From Raillietiella orientalis (lineage: Eukaryota): 64,000 nt of DNA. A model generated the notes under the pieces. It had not been told where the DNA came from. It did not search any database and saw only the letters and a program-made list of their open reading frames with translations. A program made the position numbers and the translations under genes. Positions 39,418 through 52,939 of the stretch are shown one piece after another (positions within the stretch are counted from its first letter, which is position 1; each line of letters starts with the position of its first letter). Location of the stretch: positions 930,001 through 994,000 of the forward strand of contig JAYWIR010000012.1 in the NCBI GenBank assembly GCA_036172245.1, in the 5' to 3' direction.

Positions 39418-39648
39418 TAATGAATTTAGTAATTCTTTAACGTGCCTGCAAAGGGTTGGAGAGTCTGTAGCAGTTAACATTACCAAGTAGTAATATTTTG
39501 ATGTATGGATTTATGTCTCGTTTTGCATTACGAAATTAGACTAGATCTTACAGCGAATAATTTTCATGTTTTGTGTGCTGATCAATAATAGGATGTTTCT
39601 AAGTTATGTGCTCATTTAAACTGTTTGTAATTTTTAATAACGATTTAG

Positions 39649-42600
39649 ATGCCTCATCAAGAAATTATCTCGTCTGATAACAATAATGAAGAACAAGTGG
39701 AATGCCCTCTTTGCATGGAACCGTTGGAGGTTGATGATCTTAATTTTTATCCTTGCACTTGTGGATATCAGGTGATTAATGTTTAATGTCCTGCTTATTA
39801 AATAATTCTTATTTTGGTTAAGATATGCAGGTTTTGTTGGCATCGGTTAAGAACAAATGAAAATGGGTTATGTCCAGCATGTCGAAAATTATATCCAGAA
39901 AATCCAGCAAATTTCAAACCACTCACACAACAAGAGTAAGTGATTATTTTTTGTAAATTAAGAAAGTTTATCCCGTTTTTTTGTGTCTGAAAAGTTAATG
40001 TATATTCAATTTGAGACAACCTCGGTGCTCAGTCTTAGTATTACATTTATATTGTAATTTATGATTACAATAACATAATTACATATTAAATCGTAATTGT
40101 AAACACTTTAGCTATGTATTTTGTCACAACAATTATGCATTTCATACATCATTGCAACTCTGCGGTTCTGTGTAATGGGAGAACAATAAGGTATTAATTA
40201 ATGCAAGCTATTTTACTTGAAGAGCATGATTGTTGCCCATTTTCGACTTTTTTTCTGCCTTTCACTACACCAAGGATTAATTTCTCTATACTGCTTTCAA
40301 GGAGCATTCATTTTTTATACAGGTTTTATGAAATGGTAATCATTTTATGTTTTTTGAAATTTTTAGTAAGCATCATAAAATTCGTTCATCTTTATAAGCA
40401 CTATTTTTGCTACTTTATCATATCTTATGGTATGTGGTTAGGACATAGTTACAGAGTTAGCTATGGATTGCATCATTATGTCATATTTTGCTGCATGATT
40501 GTTGGTTGTCATTTTGGTCTTTTGTTCTGTCTTTGTTGAAGATGTGCAAGGTGAGTTTACATTAGCGGTTTTCTATTTGAATGTGAATGTTCCTCACATC
40601 TCTTGTGACATGCATCACATTAGTACTGATATATGTGTTTACATCCTTTTATATGATTTTAACTATGTAGTGTGACCATTTCTTGTCATTACTCTGTTGT
40701 CCAAAGTATTTTCACTTGGTAGTTCCCTGTAGGAATGATCATGGTTTAGTTTTTTCTTTTCTTTTAGCACACCTGTTTTTGGTAGAACTAGAGCTGGGTT
40801 TCTAATATCTGATATGATTAAATCCAGATTACATGGAGCCAAATGTACTGAATATGAAAAATGCTTCAGTTTAGTTTGCTAAGATTGTATCATTCATAAT
40901 TGCCCTGCTCATTTTCTAAAAATTTCTGTAAAAGAAGATTCTCTGAGGAGTTACTCTTAATTTAAAATTTTTCATATTGTGCATTATTAGGAAGAGGACT
41001 TGGTGTTGCAAAATGCAGCATTCGTTTGATAAGTGGTTTGCATTTGCAAAAACTGATGATAAAATGAATTCTTTTGTCAGGTACTGCAGACATTGCAATT
41101 TGTTCGTTTCAGCTAAACATTCGCCATGTTGTTTTGTCTTCAAACTTCTTCCAGCCATGTTCTTTAGTAATCAAAAATGTGAACATGTCAGGTTTCTGAA
41201 TTTTCTTTGGTTTTCATACCATTTCCTCCAGTATTTTGATATTTTCCTTGTTTCTACATGACCTGTGTTTGTTTGCTGACTTTAGAGAAAATCTTAGACT
41301 ATTATTTTTCATACATTGGGGTTTAAAAGGGCACCGCAATTATTCGTGTGCGGTAAACAGAGTAATTCTCGCCGTGTTATATGCACATAAAAAAACTGTG
41401 GTAGATGTTTAGGAATTTTAAATGTCGGGTGCGAACCTTATAATTCCGAAGAACAGAAACTGTAGCTCCCAGGGAACTTGGTTTCAGGTTAACTGTATGA
41501 GAGCTTCATATCGTGTTGCAAGAGATATGAAACGTAAATTGCGATCATTTGGTGTTTATTTTTTGTTGTGATTCCTAATCGTTCACATGCTTGCTTCTGC
41601 TTTCAGTTTTGAAATTTTCACATATTATTACCACGATTATGTAATTATGTCTTGTCGCTGCATTTTTTTTTTTTTTCAAAAAAAAAAAAAACAGGTTACT
41701 GTTTTGTGAATGTTTGCATTTGGCATTCATTTTTCCTGCGTGTAATGCAGTCATGAAATAAAAATAAAGTCCCCCCTTTTTTTCCCCTCTTTCTTGTAAG
41801 TGCGAGTTCCAGGCTGCCAACAATTAGGCATCGCGGATTCGAGACGCGTGCGCATGCGCACCGTGTTTTTATGTAACCCACGACTGCCTGAAATTGCAAT
41901 TTAATGTTATGGGAGAGGAATTCCAAACGAGCATGTTAATTATTTCTGTTTTTTTTTAGATAATTCAGTTAGTTTGTACCGTCGTTGTGTGAGTTCAAGA
42001 AAATGTACTCCATAGTTCAGTTCATTTAATTTTGTTGCATAGGTGTATTTCATTGTAGCAGTTTTCCTTTCATCGTAGGATGTTTTATGTAGTAATTATA
42101 AGTACAGCATCGATAAACTGACGGTTGAAATTTTTTTGAAATTCCGTTGTGCGTTCGTAAAATTTGGAAGTGCATTGTTACTGATTGTTTTACGTCACTT
42201 CGAAACATCGCCTTGTGACCATCACAAATAACTTCATATTCCGAAGAGTTGTGTGAAACGAATCTGCAGCTATTTGCAGAAGCCTCCATTTTGTGTGCTA
42301 ATCTTTATTAAAATAAATTTTAAATTGACCACGAGGTGGTCATACGTTGTGCCTCACAGCACATTCCATTACACCATCATGTAGATATTTAAGCTACGTT
42401 GCGTGTTTGGGGCGCATGCACCCATTGCTACAGAATGTTGTCCCGTCGTGCCTTTTCTCGCCTCACCACCTCCTCATCTCTTCTTAATCTCGTGTACTTT
42501 GCAGTCTGCTTTGCCATTTCCGAAATGGGTCTGGAGGTACTACGAGGAAAACAAAGTTTTCGATATCCTTGATATTCTTGCACCTTTCAGCTTGCTGAAG

Positions 42601-45600
42601 TTCGTCTAGACTTTGCCTAGAGTCTACTCATGATGAATCTCTCGTAAAACCAGTATCTTATTGGGGATGTTCGTGGATTAGGCTTGATTGTACTTGTTAC
42701 AAGCTTCAGCTTTGTAACATTTGAGATCTATTGGGTAAATCAATGGTGAACAACTTCCATTGTAAGGCTATGAATTACCGACATTCATGGTCAGTATTTT
42801 TTGTTGCCAGCTGAAAATAGCAAAACTGGACTTGGGAGTTGGGGTCTTCCGGGTCACTGCCTTTTAAAAACACGTGACTGTGGTTTCACAACCCACGAAC
42901 CCACAACTTCATAGAAAATGTATAATAAAAATAAGTCGTACACAAAAGAATCATAAAATGGTGTGCAGTAACATCATTCGTTTCATTAAACAAATACTGT
43001 GATACCTGATTCGGATCAATGTAAACGCACGTTAACGTAGGGTGTTTATTCTTCAGCATTTTTTTTTTTTTTACAAATCCCTGCCTCAAATTCGATTTTG
43101 TTTTGAACAAATTGCAATGATGTGTGACCTGCATATTTACCCCTTTTCATTCCCTCCTGCAATTCAAACTATACCTTAGGTGTAAAATTTAAATGACTAC
43201 TGTTGGGTTGTTTTCTTGAGTATTGTTTATCTGTAGCAAAATAAAAAATGATTTTCAAATTTTCCACTCGAAAAACACATAGCCATAACTCTTAAAAGAC
43301 AGTTATAATCTCAAATCTTTAATCCATGGTTTAAGTTCAACTAACCATTCCAGGATGAATTCAGGCAGGGAATTGAATTTTGGATTTTTACACAATTGTG
43401 CTTCTGGTTTCTTTAAATCCTTGGGATTTCAGATAATAAGCCTTCTAATCATGAAAGTTGTTTTTCATGGATTTTAAAAAGTAGCATTTGATCAAAAAGT
43501 AATCAGTTACGCCCAACAGAAAAATATTTGTGTTTTCATAAAATTCTTGGTTTTTCATATACTATGTTTCCACCAGTTTCATCAGGTTGCAATGCATTTT
43601 GCTAATGTTCATTGATTCCTTGATTGTATCATGTATGCTGGAGGGTGAGTGCAATCTGTATCACGGACTAAAACTACAAACTTGAGAAGCTTTTAGATTC
43701 ATTAATTTTGAATATGAATACAAGTTTCGACTTCGAAAATGTTCAGAATTATAATAAAGTCCTTTGACAGTTAGTGGGTTATATCAGATAGGTTGATTTT
43801 GACACATTAAATGCATGGATTGGATCACATGAGTTGGGTTTTTAGTTGAATAGATATTCAAAATGGCTGCTATACATATATATATATTTTAATTTGGTGA
43901 CTGTTGTAATGTTCTCTTTGTGAGAATCCCTGCAAGGTTGATGGTTCTTAATAGGTAGTGAAGTTCCTTCCAACTATCTAGCACACATCTCAAATCTCAC
44001 TTCTGTTGGCAGTTTTAATTCAGTCAAGATCTGCTGTTGAGGGAGGTTGTTGCTGTAAACGGTGAACTCAAATCTAATCAAGTGAAATTCTTTTGATGTG
44101 TGGTGGATTTACGATTAAAATCATGAGATCTTAGTAGCTTCCAGTATGGAACATGCTAGCATTCATGGCACTTAAAGCATCAAAAGCAAGTGATGCAGAT
44201 GTGATATTATGTTGAATAGGGCAACTGTTTGAAGGTAATTTTTATTGAAAGCATGTTTCTTCTAAGCCTGTAAGCTTGCAGGAAATGATCATACAATGTT
44301 GGTATTATCATAGTAGCCACAGTGGGTAGCTAGCAACAATGTATTCAGCTTATTTATCTAAGAATTGAAGAAGCAGAGTCAAATATTGTGTTTTCAAAGA
44401 AAGCACAATTTGTAGTTGATGGGGGAAATCTCCAGTTTCAAAATAGCCATTTGGCCTGGCAAGGAGGAATCATTACTTTCATTAATATTTGATTGTGAAC
44501 TGTTGAATTTCCAGGCATTGCACAAAATCCATCTTATAACCGGACCTAATGGCTCTGTTATGTTGAAATTTTAGATTGCAAAGAATTAAGAATGAAAAGC
44601 GTCAAAAAAATTTGGAAAGAAAACAAAAATTACATGAAAGCAGGAAACACTTATCCAGCATAAGAGTTGTGCAGAGGAATCTTGTATTTGTTATGGGACT
44701 GTCATCTCGTTTGGCTGATTCAGATTTACTGATGCGCAGGGATTACTTTGGCAAATTTGGAAAGGTGCTTAAAATAGTCATCAACAACACAGCATCTGGT
44801 GGAGGAATGCAAGTGAGTCCAGGGTATGCCAATGTAAAAAATAAACTTTTGTCATTCTTAGGGGCCATGCTTCAGTGCATATGTAACTTACGCACGTCCT
44901 GAAGACACTTTGCGTGCAATTAAAGCAGTTAACAATCTGCACATCGATGGTCGAACACTAAAGGCATCTTTGGGAACCACCAAATATTGCTCTTATTTTT
45001 TGAGACATCAGATCTGCCCCAAAGCTGAGTGCATGTATTTGCATGAGCTAGGTAAGTGCTAAAGACAGAATGCTCAAATGTGTTTGGGTTTAGGAGTAGA
45101 AGCTGCTAGTTTTACTAAAGAGGAAATGCAGCATGGAAAACACCAAGAGTATGAAAGGAGACTCTATGAGGAACTTATTGGTAGTCATCCACAGAATAAG
45201 TTGTAAGAATACTAAAGGAAAGATTGATAGGTAATGATCTTATCGTAGGACATTGGGATCAAATGCAGCAGGTTTGCATGCTAAGAAGACTGGCCATGGT
45301 GCACATCTGGCTGAGCAGTCAGAAGAAGGAAAAGGAGTGCAAAAGCATCAAGGAAGTAAATCTGAATCAGTTGGTTTGGCATCATGGCAGAGTGCTAAAG
45401 AAAAACTTCAGTCAGAAACTGTTTTCTGCAGAGGGTATGTGAGGAATTTTAGGATACGTAAGAACTTGCGTAGGAAGCATAAAGGATTGAGCAGCAATGT
45501 ACCTGAATCAAATAGACCAATATTGACAACATTGCTATCAGATTCACAAACTTTCTCTCCCCCTAATGAGGACCCTTCTCCATCCTGTTTAACATTGCCC

Positions 45601-46533
45601 AGATTTCAAAATGATAAGGATCTCCAAACAGTTCCACACAATTGCAAGGATGCTGACTCAAATCAAGAGTGCAGTTCTGCTTCATCCGCCAAAGGTTTGC
45701 ATGGATGTCTTGATGCCTTGGATGCTGTTCTGTAATTTCTTAATATCATACCTAACAGAATCACATAATGATCCGACTTTCTTGAAATCCGTACCGGAAT
45801 TATCAGATTTGCCTAAATCCGATGATGAATTAGGATTTGATCCTTTTGTGGAAACTTCCAAGGCACTTGCTGAAATGATGGAAACAGAATCCCAGTTCCT
45901 AGCACAAGTGCACAGAGATGATTCTTCAGTAACACATCCATCTTTTAATTTAGCTGATTCTGCAAGTAAGTAACTTTGTGTGCAAAATTCTGCTGCAGTG
46001 ATTTTGTAGCATCGGCTCCTGGTCAGTATGTTGACATGACTTCATTTAACAATTTGTGCAATAATGTGCCTTCCAACCCCTATCTCCATTCTAAGAGAGA
46101 GCCATTCCATCTGAAAACAATGCAGGATGGTTTGCGAGCCTTATTCCCCAATGTGAATATTTCCTTTGGTTCCCTACCCAACTTCCCTGATTGCCCACTA
46201 AAGCATTTTGAAGGTAGGCCTGGGGTAAGCATTTTCTGTATCCTGGTAGCCTTACCAGGATGGTCAAATGATTGGAGTGATCCAGCTATCCTATCTTCTG
46301 GTGAAATGACTTCCTCAGAACAATTAAACCACCGAACTAAATTGCAGCTTAAACAGAAAATTACTCCTCCCACTTCCTTACCCAGTTTGCAGACAGTGGT
46401 ATGTCAGGAAGATCAATGGATTGCATACCCTCCACCAGGATTTTCGGAAATCTCACAAAAAGTGAACTTCGAAAACCAACATTTGCCCTGCTCCAGTTCT
46501 TTTACGTGGCATCCGGATCTTACGAAAATTTAA
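39649..46533 (+). CDS. CNOT4: CCR4-NOT transcription complex subunit 4 (RING E3 ligase, RRM, C3H1 zinc finger)
   Basis: Exons 39649-39771 and 39823-39935 encode the C4C4 RING (ECPLCMEPLEVDDLNFYPCTCGYQ|ICRFCWHRL..GLCPACRK). After a 4.6-kb intron, 44575-44812 and 44862-45051 encode RVVQRNLVFVMGL..YFGKFGK..SAYVTY..ASLGTTKYCSYFL..CMYLHELG. Later motifs SFTKEEMQHGKHQEYE, DDELGFDPF and QDGLRALFPNVNISF. Stop at 46533 from the last ORF. Confidence 0.96.
42400..42700 (+). pseudogene. Possible relic of a class-III PLP aminotransferase (ETNPPL/PHYKPL/AGXT2-like) inside CNOT4 intron 2
   Basis: 42660-42686 encodes IGDVRGLGL, the class-III aminotransferase C-terminal motif, preceded by MGLEVLR (cf. VGLAVL) and FGAHAPIA (cf. 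GNGHPVA). In-frame stops present. Confidence 0.35.
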
Positions 46534-46683
46534 ATAATCATATTAGTGAAATTAAGTTCTGCTGCCCAGTGATGCAAGTGGATGTGATATTAACAATGTG
46601 ATCATTGGTTACATATTTATTTTCTGGGGGTGGGACTTTCATTTCCTTTAGTAGTTTAGAGGACTGACAGAATAAAAACTGCA

Positions 46684-49570
46684 CTAGGCAACTGTTTTTG
46701 ATTGCAGTAGAGCTTCAAGCAGTAGATTTGCATGCCTATTAGTGATTGGTGGACCCTCTTTGGTGAGCTTCAATAGATAATGCACTAGTTCAGGGGCTTT
46801 GCTGTTCATTTCTCTACACTCTGCCAAGTTCGTCAGAATCTGATGAAAGCAACATATTTTCCATCTCCAGATTTTGTACCTTGATTGCCAAAAGCTGGAT
46901 TTCAGTATTTGTCTGTTCATTTAGTAATGCAATGACTTTGTTGATTAACCCACATTTCAGTGCTTCATGCTTCCCTTCAGCAGTTATGGTTGCATTGGCG
47001 AGAGCTAGGCACACAGCCCTCTGCATCACCAGTTCCTATTTAAAAAGTAATGTCAGGTGATGTAATGTGACAATCTGAATTACTGCTCTGCAATGCTGCG
47101 TTAATCATCCACATGAGCATGATGAAATTTAGCCAACTCGCTTTTCATTATGTGCCAGTTCTAGCCCGGGATGCATGTGGACCTCGGTTTATTAAGCAAT
47201 GCAGGGTTTGGATTTTATGATTGCTTTGTGAATTAAAGTCAGCAGCTGCTATGAGCAATTGTAGTTTGCTTTTACCTCCCTTGCCGTAACCTACATTACA
47301 CGTAAATTATAAAGTCCCATATCGTAATTGTGGAAAAAAAAAAAAAAAGCATTACAGCCCCGTAATAGGGATCCACGGAGCCTCATTAATCGATGTTGCA
47401 ATTCCCAATAAGTGTCGGTTGTGCATGTGGTTAAAGGAAGGAATAGGAATGCCTTCATTCACACGTGAGACGGCAGGAGAACCCGCTTCGTCCAGTTGAA
47501 TGCCCGGGGCGATGGGAACCGTTTCGTGTGCCCATGTTAATCATTTTCCAGGAACGCGTTGATTGTTCCTCCTCCTCGCAAAGTTCCCAACTTCGGAGCA
47601 CGCGGAACCGAATTCACACAACTGCGACACACCGTGTGAATGTCGTCTCCCCTCATCCTTCCATCTCGGAAGAATTCCATGCGGTTGGGTTTTTTTGTGC
47701 CATTCCCGTTCGTCCACAGGGAATCGTCGGGGGTTCATGGATGCTCACGGTTTCGTTTCAAAGAACGTTCTCGGTGGTGCAGGAATAAGGTGGTTTGCCA
47801 GTTGCCTTGTCCGTGTGTTTTAGCACGTAGGTGCACCACCTCTTCCTCCCCCAGTTCGTTTGTGCACCCCTTGTTTGTACATTTTGCCGTTTTTTGCCTT
47901 CACCGCGTCGTTTTTCAATTCAGAAGCAATCGGGAAAGCAATCCTTCTGCAAATGAAGCGATTGGTCTTTTAAATCGGGCGAATTCGTTGGTGAAAGTAA
48001 TGAATGGCAACGGGAGAGAGAAAACGTTTGGGAATTCGAACATTCACTCCTAAAATGTGCCAACGAATAGGATGGTGGAGTAGGAGGATAGGATGGCACC
48101 AAATCCACAGGTGCAGCTGCGATGGATTTCGACAGGACGAGGAGTCGAGAAGCTGCCATTCGTTTGATTTTGAAGATAACGAGTGCTTGGTGACCGACTC
48201 GCCAGCACGAAGCTTCGGTCCTTCGCTTTTAAAAAGAAAAACACACTTTTACGGTAACAGAGGCTGTTAAATGTTCACTTTATGTCCACATTCGTTTTCT
48301 CGAACCGAGGGTTATGCAGCTGTACACATCGGAATTTCTTTAAAACTGTTTATTAGCATAAGGTTTTGAAGCAAGTCTGGACTTTATGGAAACTGTTCAG
48401 AGAGCGCTCACCTGGTCGTCCATAAGACTCGCCAAAACAGTCACACATTTATAGAATGACGATATTCTGTTTATCTCATTGGAATGAAGGAGGCTGGAAA
48501 GTGCTAGAGTGGATTTTTGCCTTACTTCACTATTGTCATGCCGCAGCAGCAGAACAATTATGTGTATTGCCTGAGCATGCTCCGATCGATCTGGATCCAG
48601 AGAGAAACACGAGTTCATGATTTCCAGAATGGGAAGCTGAAAGTGCACAGATTTCAAATCGAAGACAGCCTGAAATCTCGCCCATTACCATTACACTGTT
48701 TTCGCGAATTTCAGATAATTTCTTCGTTAATGCAGGTATGATGTTGGCATCCATGACAGCAAAGCATCCTGAAAACGGTTGGAATGAAGAGTACAATCGA
48801 GAAATTACCGTCAAGAAATGACGGAAATTTTACTTATGCATTTTTCAGTAGTTTGTCGATTTTTTTTTTCTTTCTTTTTTAGCGCCGCGCTCAAAGAGAG
48901 GTAATGACCTTGTGGCATTCTGCACAAGAATGCAATGAGTTTTAATGCTTTCATTTGTACGTGTTTTGAATCATTCAGCAAGCTGAGGATGTCGTTTATC
49001 ATATTTTTCTTCTGTAAGAATTTTTGAAGGCCCGTGTGATACGAAGTCAAAATTTCCAGCGAGGAGATGCAGCTGAGTCTGAAATTTACACCGATCAAAG
49101 GTCTCTTTCACACTTCGCAAAGAATCGTTTCGCAGCACGCATTCCCGTATGGAAAGAAACATTTGCGTATTAGCGCGCAGCACCTGAGTTAATTGAAACG
49201 AGCATTTTAAAATGAAGAGGAGGATATTTCTGTCAACATATTTTTTTTTTTTTGATATGCTATGCTGCTTCGTTATTGGGGCTTCGCTACAGAGGGGTGC
49301 AAACCCAGGTGTACCGCCCATGGTTCGTAATAGACCACAACACGCAACGTCCCTCCTCCCTTGGATTCTGGATCGGCAAAGAACTGCCAAAGACGAGTGT
49401 AATTTCCCAGGAAGCATGGAGCCCAGTGGTTCTCCATTTCTTTCTTTATTTGCTTTCTCACATCTCCGTGATAAGACATCAGCAACAGCACCCACTTGGA
49501 TTCCATTTTATGGATTCGTGATTTTCGTAATGATACGCGCCTATGCCCATAACTCCAGACTGAGAGCACA
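46684..49570 (-). CDS. RSPH14: Radial spoke head 14 homolog (RTDR1; ARM-repeat protein)
   Basis: SYGHR (cf. AYGHR), LEILTSYHTG..ILSLLND..LCRMPQG|C..IIPALTKKL..FQLPILEIMNSCF..EVRQKSTLALS..VLASLMDDQ|..ALANATITAEGKHEAL..LLAIK|ILTNLAE, co-linear with recalled RSPH14. Last exons 47035-46880 and 46839-46684; intron 48411-47036. 5' exons and start codon unresolved. Confidence 0.8.
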
Positions 49571-50329
49571 AGTGGACTCCAGAGTTGCGTTTTCGAGTTG
49601 CGTTGCTTTCTTACCAGAAACTACGGATACACGGCAACAAATGGTCAGCTGTCTTGGATTCGTGGCGTTCTGAGGTCATCCAGTACCGCACACACACGCA
49701 AATGCGGGATTACACGAGAACTCATTACAGTAGACATTTATGGACTTTGAGGGTTGCCTTGTGTTTGTTGCCAGTCTGTGGGGCCCTGCTCGAGGATTCC
49801 ACCTGCGCTCGCACTCCCATCTCACCCCACCCAAATGTTCCGCTTGCATCTTCCTAGGCTTGAAAAACTGATGATACGAATATCTACTGTTTCCCACCAT
49901 TTAAATGGCGCTACCCTTTGCTAATCTAAAGGAAAAGTCCAACCCCTAGCGCGACGGGAAACCAAAATGGAGACGATCGTCGAAAAGAAACTCATCCCAC
50001 GTGAAGTACAGATAGAACATCAGAGCCTGAAGAGGGGGAAAAGGCTTCGACTCTGCTTTGTCTTTCTGAGTTTGAAACGAAGGGACACTTTGACAGACGA
50101 AAGGACTGCGAGGTACCCCTCCTTTGCCCTCTTTGAAGGCGGAAATGTAGTTTACGGGATACCTTTTCGAACGGTGGCGGCGAGGATAACGGCTAAACGA
50201 ATCTTTTTAACGATGGCCGCCTGAAACACAACGCTAGCAAGCATCTGTGCTTGGGCAGCAGCGTTATGCAACAGAGAACATTTTTAAAATTAACCTTCAT
50301 GTTTTTTTTATTCACGTATCGTCACATGC

Positions 50330-51120
50330 AAGACGTTCTAATGGGGGAGGGGTGTAGCAGGGATGGACGGCTTCCAAGTGAGTGGTGACGGAATTTTCTA
50401 ATGCTAATTAAGGCAGGATGAATTTTAAGAGTTTCCTCGTTGCGCAACATGGAAAAAATCAAGGGGAAGTGCATCGGCGGACCGACATACATTCGTACAG
50501 TTTTCTGCTTAATGTCACCATCACGCAGGGCTTTTGAAGCGGATCCAGTAATCGGCGCCAGCAATCGAGGAAACTTGCCCTGTCCTGAGAGGAAAAGGTA
50601 AAACGAAATGCCGCAATGGTCTCATGTTCCGAGGACTCTGGAGAGTCTTCCGCGGCTGCTATTTCCTTCCCAAGGTCTCTTGTTCCGAGGGCGAGAGAGC
50701 TTACGTCGGTGCACATCTTCCAGGGATGAAAAGGATCGAGCAAGTGATCCTGTTCGGAAATTCACTTTGAAGACTTGCTCTGTCAGAGAGACTGGGTGCA
50801 GTTATCCAGGAGGAGGCAGTTTTCGGATTCTTTGTGTTTTACAGATTAGGAGCCTTCCGCGGTGCAAGCTAAAGAATTGCAAACAGCGCCATCGTAGAAT
50901 TCGCCTTGCGGGAATCCTTCACAGCTCTGTCAAGGGATCGGTGAAGAGGGTGTGTGCATGGTCAGCGAAGGTGGTGAACGATCTCCCAAGAGAATTTCGA
51001 AGGCTTGGCACAGCGTAGGAAATGGATTCGAGCGACGAGGGACAGAATGGGCCCTACTTCAAAGAAGTGAATTTGATGGGAGGCGATGGTAGGGACAGAA
51101 ATGCCGTCCAAAATGAACTC
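50330..51120 (+). mobile_element. Highly decayed non-LTR reverse transcriptase fragment
   Basis: DGRLPSEW*RNFLMLIK (cf. GxxPxxW..LIxK) at ~50360-50410 and LSRRRQFSDSLCF (cf. QGDSLSPLxF) at ~50800-50840. Clade not assignable. Confidence 0.35.
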
Positions 51121-52939
51121 GAGCCTGCGGAAAGCGCTCTTTCCCCCATGAAGCGCTCAACTCTCGCTTTTGTTTTCACTTAAAAATGAAAATACCGAAA
51201 ACAATTCGGACTTCTTTTTTTTTTCTTTTTCAACTTTAACCCACATCCCTCGTATCCGAGCTTCGCTTCCCACGGACTCGCATTACACGCCGTTCCCGTG
51301 GTAACGAAGTTACCAGCAGGGCGTTCGCACGTTCCCATTCCCTAGGGTGAGTCGAAGCAAGAGGAATCGAGCCTTCCGCACAGGAAGACTCGAATCGATT
51401 CATTTCCTCACAATGCAGTTTCCGATCCAAAGGATGGGTTTGATTCTTCGATCCGGATGAAAGGCGGTGCTGCAGGAAGCATTCCGAAAGCAAACCATCT
51501 CCTTTGAGAATGACCTTTTACATCCCATCACCGGCATGATTTCTTTTGAAAATCACCTCCAGCATCCCTTCCCTGTCAAATCTTCTGGACCTCTGAACAG
51601 AGAGAGCAGCCGGATTCCGTGATCACGTAGTTACTCCGAATTGTGAAGGAAGGGGTGGGGTGCGGGGTGGGAGAGGCAGGGGAGCGTTTACCTGAGCTGA
51701 GCGATCGTAGATTCCAAGTGAAACGCTTTTCTGGAATCTTTAGGAACGTGATGAACCCAGTTCTTCCGTGCGAATGGACCGGGAAACTACTGCTAAGAGT
51801 AAGCATTCGTTTGAGGACAGAGACGGCCGAAACAGCTGGTTCTTGGCTCTGGTTCTTTTCCTCGCTTCCTTGACACTGAGTCAAGACTGTCGGGCATCTC
51901 TTGAAGACGAAAAGGCTGCTGTGAATGCATACTGTGGCCCGCGAGAAATAGAACGTCCGCCTTCCTTCGACAGGGGTGCAACCCTTTCTCTGGTAGGCAC
52001 TGCGCCGCGGTCTAATTTTACACCAAAGCAAAACCGCCATCTGCTTTCGAAACGCAAGGTGACAGGCAGAGCTTTTGGAGGGTGGGTGGCACGCACTGAG
52101 GCGTAACTGCGACAGCAGCAGGAAACTCTCAAAAAGCTCAGCGTGTCAGCAAGAGCAAAACACAAGGGCAAACAACAACAACGATGACCAAAAATGTATA
52201 CATACATTCATACATACACACAATACATATATATATGTATCCTACACCGGACGATTCTTCCGTGTAGGGTGTTTTTAGACTTATCCTGGAAATTTGATTT
52301 GTAGAAGCCTTGGACAGTTTAAATAGTTTTTCTTTGGGAAAGTGCACGTTTTGATTCTCCCGTCCCTACGAGGGAACCCAATGATTGTAGGGAAAACAAA
52401 CGAAAGAACAACTGGAAGCAAGCTGCTTCGGCTGCTTGTTAGGGATCTACCCCCATGTTGCTAACCAACCCCCCCCCTCCCACAAAGTGCAAGTCTCTGG
52501 AGTGTGCGTTTTTTTCCCCATGGAACAAAGCAGCATTGCTTCAAAGAATCTAAAAACTTTACATGATGAGGAAAGAGGGGATGCAAAAACAGCGATCAGG
52601 GGACCTGATGATACTCCGCGGGGGAATGCCGACCGCGAACAACCGCCTGGTCACACGCAGGAGATGGTCCGATACGCGTTCTCCGAGAGCACGACGGGTG
52701 CGTGTGGTCTCCTTCACCGGTCGGCCGTTCTTGGGGGTCAGCTCTGCATTTTTCAGCGCGAGTTCAAAAGTTGCAGCCCGACCCCTGGCGGAGAGTCTCC
52801 GACAGGAATTTCGGTGCGGTTGGTTTCCTTCTACATGTTTATTTTTTTCCACCCTCGAGCCTTCTCCCCCGGCAGCCCCACATTCCCGTGGAGCTGAGCT
52901 AGCTTTTCTCTAGCTGCTCCTCCGCTGTAGATTTGTGCG

